Of a DNA stretch of 64,000 bases, positions 48,997-60,400 are shown in pieces. The notes beneath the pieces were generated by a model. That model made no database searches, was not told the origin of the DNA, and saw only the letters and a list, made by a program, of their open reading frames with translations. The DNA comes from Actinomycetes bacterium. GTDB taxonomy: Bacteria; Actinomycetota; Thermoleophilia; RBG-16-64-13. Made by a program: the position numbers and the translations under genes. Within the stretch, counting starts at the first letter, position 1, and the number at the start of each line of letters is the position of its first letter. The stretch spans positions 11,626 to 75,625 of the forward strand of contig JAGXFW010000025.1 of NCBI GenBank assembly GCA_024637035.1. Reading direction: 5' to 3'.

Positions 48997-50064
48997 TCAG
49001 CGGTCGGGCGAGCCGAGTGCCTCCAGGTTCACCGGATGCGGCACCCTCGCTCCAGACAGGGCGGCGATCGCGTTCCGCGCGGCCAACTCGGCCATCCGCC
49101 CGCGAGCCGCGTGTGTCGCACTGCCGAGATGGGGGAGCAGCACCACGTTCTCGAGGCCCGCGAGGCCGGGGTGGACCGCGGGCTCATCCTCGTACACATC
49201 GAGGCCCGCGGCGCCCAAGGGACCGCCCCGAAGCGCCTCGACCAGCGCTTCTTCATGCACCACCGGACCACGTGCCGTGTTCACCAGCACGGCTCCCGGC
49301 CTGACCAAGGCCAGCTCTCGCGCCCCGAGCAGGTGATGAGTCCCCTCCGTGAGGGGCACATGCACGCTGATGATGTCGGCCTGGACCAGGAGACTGTCGA
49401 GATCGGAGCAGTAGCGCCACTCAGCCCCGGCCGGTGTTTCCGTCGCCTCGAGTGGACCGGAACGCCGCGTGTAGACCACCGGCATAGAGAAGCCCACAGC
49501 CCTACGCGCAACGGCACGCCCGATCTGGCCCATCCCAACGATGCCCAGCGTGGCGCCGGCCACATCGACGCCCAGCAACATGGTCGGCGCCCACCCGTGG
49601 AACGCGCCCGAACGCACCATGCGGTCGCCCTCCGGCACTCGGCGCGCGGCGGCAAGGATCAGAGCCCAGGCGAGGTCGGCCGTGGCTTCGGTCAAGACCC
49701 CCGGTGTGTTGGTCACCAGGACGCCGCGCGCCGTGGCCGCGGCGACGTCGATGTTGTCGTAGCCCACAGCGAAGTTGGACACGACCCGCAGTGAAGGTCC
49801 CGCCGCATCAAGGACGGCGTCGTCGATGCGCTCGCGCAGCGTGCAGAGCACCGCGGCCACTCCCCGCACCCCTTCCAGAAGTTCGACAGGGGTAAGATCG
49901 CGATCCTCCTCCCCGCCGCGCAGGGTGAGGCTGTCGCGGAGCAGGGTGGGCCCGGGCTCGGGGATCCGTCGCGTGAGGAACAGCAGCGGCTTCCCTCCGC
50001 TGGCCGTGGTCCTGTCGCGGCCGAGTGCTTCACCAGTGGCATCGTCGCCAACACCCATGCCCAC
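48997..50064 (-). CDS. D-isomer-specific 2-hydroxyacid dehydrogenase (glyoxylate/hydroxypyruvate reductase-like)
   Basis: NAD-binding GxGxxG (LGIVGMGQIGRAVA) and a catalytic His region (LLPHLGSAT). The exact start is uncertain. Confidence 0.8.
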   Translation of the reverse strand: MGMGVGDDATGEALGRDRTTASGGKPLLFLTRRIPEPGPTLLRDSLTLRGGEEDRDLTPVELLEGVRGVAAVLCTLRERIDDAVLDAAGPSLRVVSNFAVGYDNIDVAAATARGVLVTNTPGVLTEATADLAWALILAAARRVPEGDRMVRSGAFHGWAPTMLLGVDVAGATLGIVGMGQIGRAVARRAVGFSMPVVYTRRSGPLEATETPAGAEWRYCSDLDSLLVQADIISVHVPLTEGTHHLLGARELALVRPGAVLVNTARGPVVHEEALVEALRGGPLGAAGLDVYEDEPAVHPGLAGLENVVLLPHLGSATHAARGRMAELAARNAIAALSGARVPHPVNLEALGSPDR

Positions 50065-50297
50065 CTGCTCCTTCGATCGTCGGTGTCCGCGTCGCGGGCT
50101 TGGCGGCCGCCGAGCGGCCCATCACGTCGCCACGCGTGTCGCGGCGAACCGTCAGCCGCGCGCGGCCGGTAGCTCGAGTCTACGGAAAGTCTATCGCCTC
50201 GGCCCTGTCAGTCGAGACCGGCGCCACCTACAATGGCTATGGGGAATCGACCGAGGGGGGGAATGTCCTGAACGACGGTCCAGCCGCGGCACACCCG

Positions 50298-51578
50298 GTG
50301 CCTCGCACCGCCTGGTATCGCGACAGGCGGGTCTTGGCATGGGCCATGTTCGACTTCGCCAACACCCCCTACGTGGTGATCGTCGCTACCGTCGGCTTCT
50401 CCACATACTTCAAAGACGTCGTGGTGCACGGCGCCCGCTCGGGTGACTTCCTCTGGGGTCTGGCCGGATCTGCCTCCATGATCTTCGTGGCCCTCACCGC
50501 CCCGTACCTGGGTGCCTACGCCGACGCGGCCGCGGCCAAGCGCCGCCTCCTCTTCATCTACACGCTTGTGGTCGTGCTGGCGACGGCGCTCCTCGGCACG
50601 GTGAAGGAAGGCATGGTCGTCTGGGCCATGCTGCTGTATGTCTTGGCCAACATCGGGTTCCAGGGCGGGCAAGCCTTCTACAACGCCTTCCTCCCCGAGG
50701 TGGCCCGCGATGAAGACCTGGGGGCGGTCTCTGGACTCGGCTCCGCCGCCGGGTACGTGGGCGCCCTCCTCTCTCTCTTCGCGGCGCTGCCGTTCTTCTG
50801 GAACGGATTCGAGGAGACGAATCTCGGCAACGTGCGCGGTATGTTCGTGGCTGTCGCCGTGGTCTTCGCCGTGTTCAGCATCCCCACGTTCGTACTACTG
50901 CGTGACGCACCGCGTCCACGAACGGCACTCGCGAACTCGGGATTCGTGGCGAGTCTGCGCACCCTGAAGGAGGACCTCACCAATCTGCGCAAGAACCGGG
51001 CGCCCTTCCTCTTCCTGGTCTCCTATCTTCTCTACATGGACGCGATCACCACGATGACGGCCTTCGTGGGGATCTACGCCCGTCAGACTCTCGGACTCAG
51101 TCTCCCGCAGATATTCAGCCTGCTCATCATCTCCCAGATCACGGCGATCCCCGGCTCGGTGGTGCTGGGCCGGGTAGCCGATCGCTACGGTGCGAAACCC
51201 ACGATCACGTGGCTTCTCATGCTATGGATAGTCATGTTGATACTGGGCGTCGTCGCCACCGGCTACTCGATGCTCGTCTTCATGGTGCTCCTGGCAGGGG
51301 TGGCCACCGGTGGGCTCTTCTCGGTGAGCCGCAGCATGATGGCGCTTCTCTCGCCCAAAGACCGCGAAGGCGAGTTCTTCGGTTTCTACGCGGTGGCGGG
51401 GCGCATCTCGGCGATAATCGGGCCGGTGGTGTTCGGGGCGGTGTCGTCGATCTCGGGGAACCAGCGGCTGGCGCTGGGCTCGTTGCTCATCATCATGGTC
51501 GCCGGATTGCTCGTGCTGCGGCGAGTGCCTATGGATGCTGCGGCTGCGGACCGGGCCGCGAGCGGGACCGCGCCATGA
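50298..51578 (+). CDS. MFS transporter, UMF1/Atg22-like family
   Basis: WAMFDFANTPY motif and a 12-TMS profile. The start is uncertain; the GTG at 50298 was chosen. Confidence 0.7.
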   Translation: MPRTAWYRDRRVLAWAMFDFANTPYVVIVATVGFSTYFKDVVVHGARSGDFLWGLAGSASMIFVALTAPYLGAYADAAAAKRRLLFIYTLVVVLATALLGTVKEGMVVWAMLLYVLANIGFQGGQAFYNAFLPEVARDEDLGAVSGLGSAAGYVGALLSLFAALPFFWNGFEETNLGNVRGMFVAVAVVFAVFSIPTFVLLRDAPRPRTALANSGFVASLRTLKEDLTNLRKNRAPFLFLVSYLLYMDAITTMTAFVGIYARQTLGLSLPQIFSLLIISQITAIPGSVVLGRVADRYGAKPTITWLLMLWIVMLILGVVATGYSMLVFMVLLAGVATGGLFSVSRSMMALLSPKDREGEFFGFYAVAGRISAIIGPVVFGAVSSISGNQRLALGSLLIIMVAGLLVLRRVPMDAAAADRAASGTAP

Positions 51579-52555
51579 GCGACTTCGCCTCACAGCCGCC
51601 GCCCGAACCTCCCGCACCGCCCGATCCACCGCTGGCGCCGCCACCCGGCCGCGTGCGCGTAGGCACCTGCTCCTGGACGGACAAGACCATGCTCGCGTCC
51701 TGGTACCCGAAGGGCGTCACCTCGGCCGAAGAGCGCCTGCGCTACTACGCGGAACGCTTCGACACGGTAGAGGTGGACTCCAGCTACTACGGCCTGCCCT
51801 CCGAGCGCAACTCGGAGCTGTGGGCGGAGCGCACTCCGCCGGGCTTCACCTTCCACATCAAGGCCTTCGCCATGCTCACGCGGCACGCCGTGCGCCCGAA
51901 CCAACTGCCGGTGCCGCTCCGCTCCGCCTACGATCTCGAGGTGGACAAGTACGGCCGGGTGATCCACCCCCCCGATGAGTTGCGAGAGACGGTGTTCGAG
52001 TGGTTCTCGGCGGCGCTCACTCCGCTGCGCGAAGCGGGCAAGCTGGGCCTCATCCTGTTGCAGTTCCCGCCCTACTTCGTGGCCGACCTGCGTAACCGCG
52101 AGTACATCCTCCGGGCGGCCGAGTTGCTGGCGCCCGACCCCGTGGCCGTGGAGTTCCGCCACGCGAGCTGGGTGTCGAGCGACGAACTCCCCCGCACTCT
52201 CGCCCTCCTCGGCGACAACGACCTCGCCTACGTGTGCGTGGACGAACCCCGGCTCGACTCGCCCACCGTCCTACCGCCCCTCGCCGCAGTGACGGCGCCC
52301 GCCGCCTACGTGCGTTTCCATGGGAGGAACTCCGCAACCTGGAACGCCCGGGTGGAGACCGCGGCCGAGCGCTTCCGCTACCTGTACGCGGAGGATGAGT
52401 TGCGGGAGTGGGTGGAGCCCATCACGACGATGGCGAGCGAGGCCGACACCACCTACGTCATGTTCAACAACTGCTACAGCGACTACGCCCCCCGCAACGC
52501 CTCGCAGCTCTCCGGCCTTCTGAACCTGGGCCCGGCTACGCCCGGCGTAGAATGA
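51575..52555 (+). CDS. DUF72 (UPF0759) family protein
   Basis: Start ATG overlaps the upstream stop as ATGA. Conserved DUF72 segments (RVGTCSWTD... YYGLP... FHIKAF). Confidence 0.8.
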   Translation: MSDFASQPPPEPPAPPDPPLAPPPGRVRVGTCSWTDKTMLASWYPKGVTSAEERLRYYAERFDTVEVDSSYYGLPSERNSELWAERTPPGFTFHIKAFAMLTRHAVRPNQLPVPLRSAYDLEVDKYGRVIHPPDELRETVFEWFSAALTPLREAGKLGLILLQFPPYFVADLRNREYILRAAELLAPDPVAVEFRHASWVSSDELPRTLALLGDNDLAYVCVDEPRLDSPTVLPPLAAVTAPAAYVRFHGRNSATWNARVETAAERFRYLYAEDELREWVEPITTMASEADTTYVMFNNCYSDYAPRNASQLSGLLNLGPATPGVE

Positions 52556-52558
52556 GAC

Positions 52559-52587
52559 GGGGCCCCGGCCTGATCGGCCGGGGCCCC
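52559..52587. terminator. GC-rich hairpin between convergent genes (candidate bidirectional intrinsic terminator)
   Basis: Perfect 12-bp inverted repeat GGGGCCCCGGCC-tgatc-GGCCGGGGCCCC between the DUF72 stop (52555) and the trpB2 stop (52652). There is no U-tract. Confidence 0.45.
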
Positions 52588-52651
52588 GCATCGCACTTCA
52601 GGTCCACGAGCGGCGCCGCCCTGGCGGCGGCGACGGTCGCGTCTCTTCGAG

Positions 52652-54007
52652 CTATCCTACCTTCGGCAGGCGAGCCTGAGCTTCGAGCACCTTCTCTTCC
52701 GGATACGCGTAGTCCTGAAGGTTGCCCGAGAGGTAGTTGTCGTAGGCGGCCATATCGAAGTGGCCGTGACCGCTCAGGTTGAACAGGATGGTCTTGGCTT
52801 CGCCGGACTGCTTGCACTGCTCGGCGGCGTTGACCACACTGGCGAGAGCGTGCGAGCTCTCGGGGGCCGGGATGATGCCCTCGGTGCGAGCGAACTGCAC
52901 GGCGGCCTTGAAGCAGGCGTTCTGCGTGTAGGCCTCAGCTTCGATCAAGCCGAGATCGAGAGCATGGGACACCATCGGAGCCATACCGTGGTAGCGCAGG
53001 CCACCGGCGTGGATGCCGGCCGGCACGAAGTCGTGACCCAGAGTGTGCATCTTGAGCAGCGGCGTCAACATGCCGACGTCGCCGAAGTCGTAGGCGTAGA
53101 TGCCCTTGGTGAGGCTCGGACAGGCCGCGGGCTCGACCGCGATGATGCGGGTCTCTTTGCCCTCACGGATCTTCTTGCCGATGAACGGGAAGCTGATGCC
53201 GGCGAAGTTGGAGCCACCGCCCGCGCACCCGATGACGATGTCGGGGTATACGCCGGCGTCGGCACACTGCTCCATGGCTTCCTGACCTATGACGGTCTGG
53301 TGGTGCATCACGTGGTTGAGCACGCTACCAAGAGAGTAGTGGGTGTCGTCGTTCGTGGCGGCCACTTCGACGGCCTCGCTGATGGCCATACCGAGGGAGC
53401 CGGTGGAGTCGGGATCGTTGGCCAGGAAGGCGCGGCCGGCGTTGGTGGTGTCCGACGGGCTCGGGATCACTTCCGCGCCCCAGGTATGGATCATGCTGCG
53501 CCGGTACGGCTTCTGCTGGTAGGAGATCTTCACCATGTAGACCAAGAGCTCCATGCCGAACATCTGGCAGGCCATAGAGAGCGCGGAGCCCCACTGGCCG
53601 GCGCCGGTCTCGGTGGTCAGCTTGGTGATGCCTTCCTGCTTGTTGTAGTACGCCTGCGGCACCGAAGTATTGGGCTTGTGCGAACCGGCCGGGCTGACGC
53701 CTTCATACTTGAAGAAGATCTTCGCCGGGGTGTCGAGTGCCTTCTCCCAGTGGGGCGCCCGGTACAGCGGCGTGGGCCTCCACAGCTTGTAGATGTCCTG
53801 CACTTCTTCCGGGATCTCGATGTAGGGCTCCGGGGTCATCTCCTGCATGATCAACGCCATCGGGAAGAGAGGCGCTAGATCGTCAGGTCCAGCCGGCTGC
53901 AGCGTGCCTGGATGCAACGGCGGCGGCAATGGGGCCGGGAAATCCGAGTTCAGGTTGTACCAGGACGTCGGCATACGGTCTTCCGACAAGAAGTACTTCG
54001 TCGCCAT
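52652..54007 (-). CDS. trpB2: TrpB-like PLP-dependent enzyme (tryptophan synthase beta chain 2 family, TrpB2)
   Basis: PLP-Lys context (GSHKPNT) and a Gly-rich PLP phosphate loop ([11 protein letters not shown]). 451 aa, typical of TrpB2. Confidence 0.85.
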   Translation of the reverse strand: MATKYFLSEDRMPTSWYNLNSDFPAPLPPPLHPGTLQPAGPDDLAPLFPMALIMQEMTPEPYIEIPEEVQDIYKLWRPTPLYRAPHWEKALDTPAKIFFKYEGVSPAGSHKPNTSVPQAYYNKQEGITKLTTETGAGQWGSALSMACQMFGMELLVYMVKISYQQKPYRRSMIHTWGAEVIPSPSDTTNAGRAFLANDPDSTGSLGMAISEAVEVAATNDDTHYSLGSVLNHVMHHQTVIGQEAMEQCADAGVYPDIVIGCAGGGSNFAGISFPFIGKKIREGKETRIIAVEPAACPSLTKGIYAYDFGDVGMLTPLLKMHTLGHDFVPAGIHAGGLRYHGMAPMVSHALDLGLIEAEAYTQNACFKAAVQFARTEGIIPAPESSHALASVVNAAEQCKQSGEAKTILFNLSGHGHFDMAAYDNYLSGNLQDYAYPEEKVLEAQARLPKVG

Positions 54008-54097
54008 TATTCCCCCCTTGGAATAGATCGTGGCGCGGTAGGACTTTCAAACTAGACCACCGGACGGTGCACGTCAATACCGGACGTCCAGTCAGTA

Positions 54098-54112
54098 CTG
54101 TACGTCGTACAG
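54098..54112. promoter_or_regulatory. Perfect 15-bp palindrome CTGTACG-T-CGTACAG between trpB2 and the RHS gene
   Basis: Read directly from the sequence. It lies in the 450-bp divergent intergenic region, about 345 bp upstream of the RHS start. Confidence 0.3.
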
Positions 54113-54457
54113 CGGGGTAGATTGGCTTTTGCAGGCAAAATCCTTCACAAGCCGGGTTCGACGGTGCGCGAAATGACTCGTCGCGATGGGCTTATTGACC
54201 GCCGGGCCGGTATCTCGGGTGCGCCCGGGCGGGCGTGTGCTGGCGCGTCGTCGACCGGTCGCCCGAACGGTCCGTCCTTGAATGTCCGCGGAGGGTGCAG
54301 TCGGAGTTGACCCGAGACAAGGTTCTAGACACAGCGCCCGGCAGCCGTATACGATGCGCCTCAAAGCTGAAACTTGGCAAGCAGACCGAACAGTCAGCCA
54401 GCAGTTCGGTGCCTGAGCCGCAGGTTCCAGCCCACACGCAGACACCGGGAGGGGCAA

Positions 54458-57400
54458 TGAGGCAGAGGGGTCTCGGCAGGTGTGTCTCCGTCGCTGTGTT
54501 GCTCGTAGCGCTTGGCGCTCTTACCCTCTTCCTCGGTGGTCCAATGACACCGGCTCTGGGTGTGTCTCCATCCATTTCCACAGAGCCGGGCGTGGTACGC
54601 GAACTCGTTGAAAAGCGTACGGCCAACTCTCAGACCTTCCTGCTTTCCGACGGGCGGCTGCGCGCGGTCGTCAGCAGCGGCTTCGTCAACTACCGCGACG
54701 AGAGTGGCGCCTGGCGGCAGATAGACACACGTCTGGTGGCTGGCACGAGGTCCGGCGACTACGTATCCGCCGCGACCCCGATCGAGGTCACCGCAGCTTC
54801 AGACTCGCCGGCTCGTGTCTCTCTCGCCTATCAGGACTCCACCATCACCCTCGGTCCGAAGAACGCCCGTCCCGCACAGTTCAGCGTGCGGGATTCCGTT
54901 GCCACCTATCGCGGCATCGCGACGGACGCCGACCTCACCTACCAGGTCCTCGGCGACGGCGTGAAGGAGACCATCGTCCTGCGCTCTCCCAAGGCGGCGA
55001 ACACCTACACCTTCACCATCTCCCACCCGGGCCTGCTCCTGATGCAGGATGAGACGACCGGGCAGTGGGGGCTCCGCACCGCCATGGAGCACGACCCGCT
55101 CTTCGTCCTCGGTGGCTTGAACGTCGCCGACTCCTCAGTGAACGAAGCCGGCGATCCCGCCTACTCTGATGAGGCCGAGATGCGGGTGGAGCCGGGCACC
55201 GAGGAGAGCACCGTCACCTACACCGTCCCGCGCTCCTGGCTCGACGACAAGGAGCGCGTCTACCCGGTCCTCATCGACCCCACGGTCACCGCTGTCGCCT
55301 CCACGGGGGACACATTCGTATCGAGCGCCTCCCCCAACACCAACTACGGGTCCGATGACGACATGCACGTCGGGTATTACGACTCGACCACGGGTGACTG
55401 TCGTGGCCTCGTTCGGTTCGACCTCCCTGCCGACCTCCTCACCGGCGGCTACGTGCAGAGCGCCGATCTCTACCTGCGCCAGAACTGGCAGTCGGTGCTC
55501 GCCCCGAGCGTGGCCCGTGTGGGAGCCATCGACCGGGCCTGGAGCGAATCGAGCACCTACAACTCCCTCGGTGGCCACTACATCATCGAGGCCAAGGAGG
55601 TCGCCACCGTCGCGGCCCGGGCCCAGGACCTGCATTTCGACTTCACCCAGATGGTGCAACGGTGGGCCACCGGCAAGTACGTGAACCACGGGTTCGTGAT
55701 CTACCAGGAGTGGACCGAAGGGCAGACCTACTGGCGGAAGATCCTCAGCAAGGAGCACCCGACCTCGAGTTACAGACCCAAGCTCACCATCACCTACACC
55801 GCGCCACTCGACGTGACCGCTTCCCCGTTCAACGCGAAAGGAGACGGCACGACCGATGACACCGCGGCCATACAGGGCGCCATCAACGCCGCCGACCCGA
55901 ACGGCGGAGTCGTCTACTTTCCGAGCGGCACGTACAAGGTGGGCGGCTTGAACCTCGCCAAGAGCAACGTCGTACTCCGTGGTCTGGGCACCGCGAGCGT
56001 GCTCGTGCCCGCGTCCGCGGCGCAAGGTCATCTTATCCAGGTCGGTGGGGCGACCGCCGTCACGAACGTGCTCGTCGAGAACCTCAACCTGCGCCTCCCC
56101 CCGTCGGGCGGCGGGGTGAGTGTGGCGGGCGCGGGCGGAGGCAGCAACGTGCGCATCCGTAACAACACCTTCTCCGGAGGCAACGACTCGGCGACCACTC
56201 ACGCCCTTGGTGTGGCCGCGAACTTCACCTCAGTCGAGGTCACCGACAATGACTTGGCGCTGGTCACTTCGGTGCCGCTCGACATCGAAGGGGACTCCGG
56301 GTCTGAGCGCATCGTGGCCCGGAACACGATGCCAACCGCCCCCTACCAGGCCGACCTCATGTGGGGCATCGACCGCTACCAGACGGCCATCCGCCTCTCT
56401 CAAGCCGCCTTCCCCACCTGGGCAGAAGGAGTGGTGCTGGTCTCTGGTGAGAACTACCCAGACGCGCTCTCCGCAGGTCCCCTAGCAGCGGCCTACGACG
56501 GGCCCACCCTGCTCACGCAAGCGGCTTCACTCAATGTGGGCACCAAAGCGGAGTTGCAGCGCTTGAACCCAAGTCGGGTCTTCGTCGTCGGTCTCGGCAC
56601 CTCAATATCGGACGCGGTCACACACGCCCTGCCCTCAGCCCAGGTCACTCGGCTCGCGGGCCCCAGTCGGTACGACACAGCCGCCTTGGTGGCCGCAGAG
56701 GTCAAGACCAAGCGCTCCCTCGACGGCCTCAGCGTCACCAAGGTGGTCATCGTCCCCGGTGACGGCTACCCCGATGGACTCACCTCTGGACCCATGGCGG
56801 CCAAGAACGGCTGGCCCATCCTCCTCACCCCGAAAGCCGGGCCCATACCCGCGGCCACGCAGACCGCCTATCAGACTACCCTCGGCGTGAACCAGGCCGT
56901 CGTGGTGGGCGTGAACGCCGGCGTGGCTATCCCCGGCATCGAAAGTCACCGCATCAACGGTGCCGACGTCTTTGCGACCTCCAGTCTCGTGGCTCAGTAT
57001 GCCGTGCAGAACGGCTCCTCCTATGCCCACACCGCGCTTGCCACCGGCCTCAACTTCCCTGATGCTCTGGCCGCAGGCTCCTACCTCGGCGCCGACGGAG
57101 GCGTACTGCTCCTCACCAACGGGACCTCGATCGCTCCGGACTCGGTGGCGCTCCTCGAGGCGAACTACGCCGCCCTTGATACCCTCGACTACATCGCCCT
57201 CCCCTCGCTCTGGGAGGCCGATGAGAACTGCGGCGCTTGGCTGCCCGAGGCGCCGCAGCACACCTCGGTGGGCCTCGGTGCCTTCGCGCGACACGAAATG
57301 GGTGTCAGACTCGACCAAGGAACCCTGCAGGTGGCGGTCACTGACCTCGCCATCGACTCCTTCGGCCCCTCAGCCACGCTCACCCGGGTCTACTCCTCGT

Positions 57401-60400
57401 CGCGGACCTCGGAGCGGACGGCCGAGACCCTGGGCCTCCCGGGGTGGCGGTATACGTTCGAGCAGTCGCTCAGTTTCCCGAACGCCAACAGGATCGACTA
57501 CACCGATCCAACGGGCGACATCCACATTTTCGTGCGGAGCGGCCCCTCGACGGCCGATTGGTGGACACCGCCGGCGGGCTACGCCGCCAACCTCGGGAAA
57601 GACGGCAGCGCGTGGAAGCTGAAACTCCCCGGCGGGAACACCCTCGTCTTCGACTCCTCCGGCAGGTTGCTCTCCGAGGCCGACCCCAACGGCAACACCA
57701 CCACCTACAACTACACCGGGGGCGTTATCGACAGCATCAAGGCCGCGAACGCCCAGGTGATCGACGTGACCGTGAGCGCCGGCGCGTTGACCGGTGCTGT
57801 CTACACGACAGCCGACGGCGTGCGAGCAGTCGCATACGACAAGGCGGCGAAGACCGTGACCTACTTCCCAGGTGTCTCCGGCCTTGAGCACGTCGTGAAC
57901 TACACCTACTCGGGTGATCTACTCTCATCCATCAAGGCTCTCGACTACACTACGAGCAGCGATCCGGCGGCGGCGTTCACCTATTCGTCCGATCGCCTCA
58001 CCCAGTACAAGGCGCCCGACTACAACGCCACGACCAATACCGACGCCCGCACCGAGATCGCCTACGGCACGAAGACGGCCACACTCACCGCCTACGGGTT
58101 CGTGTATTCTGCCTCGGCCATCACCGGTGCCGCGAACACCCAGATCACCCAAACCTTCACCTGGAACGATTCCGGCACCATGGCCTCGAAGACGAATCCG
58201 AAGACGTCGTCCGAGACCACGACTGAGACCTGGTACTACCAATACGAGCCGAGGACCAACCTCCCGACTAAGGAGACCGACCCGCTCGGCAAGACCCGCA
58301 CCTGGACCTACAACCTGCGTGGGAACCAACTCACCGAGACCGACCAACTGAACCGGACCACCACCTACTCGTATCCTGACACCGACCCCGGCATCCCGCA
58401 CTACCTGCAGATCCGGGTAGCTGCGGACGGAGACGACGCACGCAAAGAGGGCCCGACTGTCTACGCGACCGGGTCCGCCTGGCAGGCCGTGGGGAAGGGC
58501 TCTTCGGTGCTCAGCGAAGGCTGGCGCTTCCGGAACGTGGACATCCCCAAAGGGGCCACGGTCCGCGACGCCCGGGTCCACCTCTACGCAGCGTACGACG
58601 CGAACGGCAATCCGGCTTCGGTGGTCTCGAAGATCGGTCTGGAGGCCGCGGACAACCCCGGGGCGTGGGCGCAGACGACGCACGAGCCCATCCTCAGCAA
58701 GCTGACCACCACCCAGGCGGCCTGGTCGGTAAGTGCCTGGAAGCAGGGGCAGTGGTACTCCTCACCCGATCTCTCCGCCTCGGTCACCGAGGTGATCGGG
58801 CGCACCGGCTGGGCGGCCGGGAACTCCATGGCCGTCATCTGGGCCGATAACGGGACCGCAAGCGGCAACTACCTGAAGTCGGGCGACTACTACGGCGGGA
58901 ACCCGGCGCTCTTCACCGTCTACTACACCGTCCCCTTCGACCCAAACCGCGACGAAGTGGGCGGGGTCACCGACCCCCTCGGGTCGAAGACTACGGTCAC
59001 CCGCGACAAGAACACCAACCCCACCGAGGTCACACGCACTCTGAACGCGACCCAGTCGGAGAGCACCAAGTACACCTACGAGGACGAAGCGGTCGGCTCC
59101 GCCACCTACAAGGGCGCTCTCACACTGGAGGAGAAGCTCATCAGCGGCACATGGGGCGGTGCCAACGCTGCCACTGCCACCGACTACGACACCGGCGGCT
59201 ACGCGACGAACGGACAACCGAACAAGGTGGTCCAGAAGACGGTGGCGCTGCAGGAAGGCCAGTCCTCTCCACCCGACCTCACCACCACCTACACCTTCGA
59301 CGACTTCGGCCAACTCGAGAAGGAGACGAACCCTGACGAGGTACTTGTGGCCGACAACACCTACGACAAAGCCGGTCGGCTGCTCATTTCGATCGGCCCC
59401 GCCTTCCCCTCCGGAGGGGGTCCTGCCACCCAGGTGAAGACCCACCACGTGTACAACGGCTGGGGGTTCGAGACCGAGACCTATCAGACTTCGACCGCCG
59501 ACCCCGGGGCCGCCAAGTACAACCGCTCGGTGGTCGCCTACGACCGTGCCGGTCGGGTCCTGACGGTCAAGGATCGCTTGAGTTCCACGACGTTGGTGCG
59601 TATACGCACCAACATCTACGACGGCCGAGGACTCCTCATCTCCACCGACGACACCACGGTCAGCGACCTTGACGCGCGCACCGCGTACGACGCCCGGGGC
59701 CAGGTGGTCGCGTCGTGGGCGGGCGGCGCCTGCACGGGAACCGACTATGAGATCGCCAAGGCCACCCGCTACCTCGATGGAACCACCCCCGCCTATGACG
59801 CTCTCGGTCGAGTGACAAAGAGCGCTCCCCCGGGCGACAACCCCACCACCTTCACCTACTACGACGACGGGCGCCTTCACACCAGGGTGCTGCCCGACGG
59901 CTCGCAGGAGACCTACACCTACGACGCCGGCGGCAACCTCACGCAGACCGTCTCCACCAAGGACGGCACGAGCTCGGCCACCTACGACCTCGGCGGGCGC
60001 CGCCTGACCCAGACGAGCGCCGCCGGCCTCACCACGAGCTTCGCCTACGATCTCCTCTCCCGGATCACGAGCGCCGGCGCGGGTCCGGCCGCCTCCACCT
60101 ACGCTTACAACACCCTCGGCTGGCAACTACGGGTGACCGACGCCGACGGCTTTGCGACGGTCCGCGTCTTCGACAAACTCGGACGCACGATCTCGGAGAC
60201 GACCGCCGATGAGACCACCACCTCGACCTACGACCCCGCCGGACACCTCACGAAGCAGGTGGATCATCAAGGCCGCTGGCGGGAGCTCTCCTATGACCTC
60301 ATGGGGCGGGTGACGCGGGATCTGCAAACCTTGTCTGGCACCCCACGGGTCTCGGTGAAGGACACCACCCTCACCTACGACTCGCTCGGGCGGGTGCTCA

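Noticed and set aside
54235-54457. N-terminal 74-codon extension of the RHS ORF starting at 54235
   Set aside because: The extension lacks an RBS. A strong GGGAGGGG RBS plus ATG at 54458 is followed immediately by a canonical signal peptide, so 54235-54457 is more likely 5' leader.
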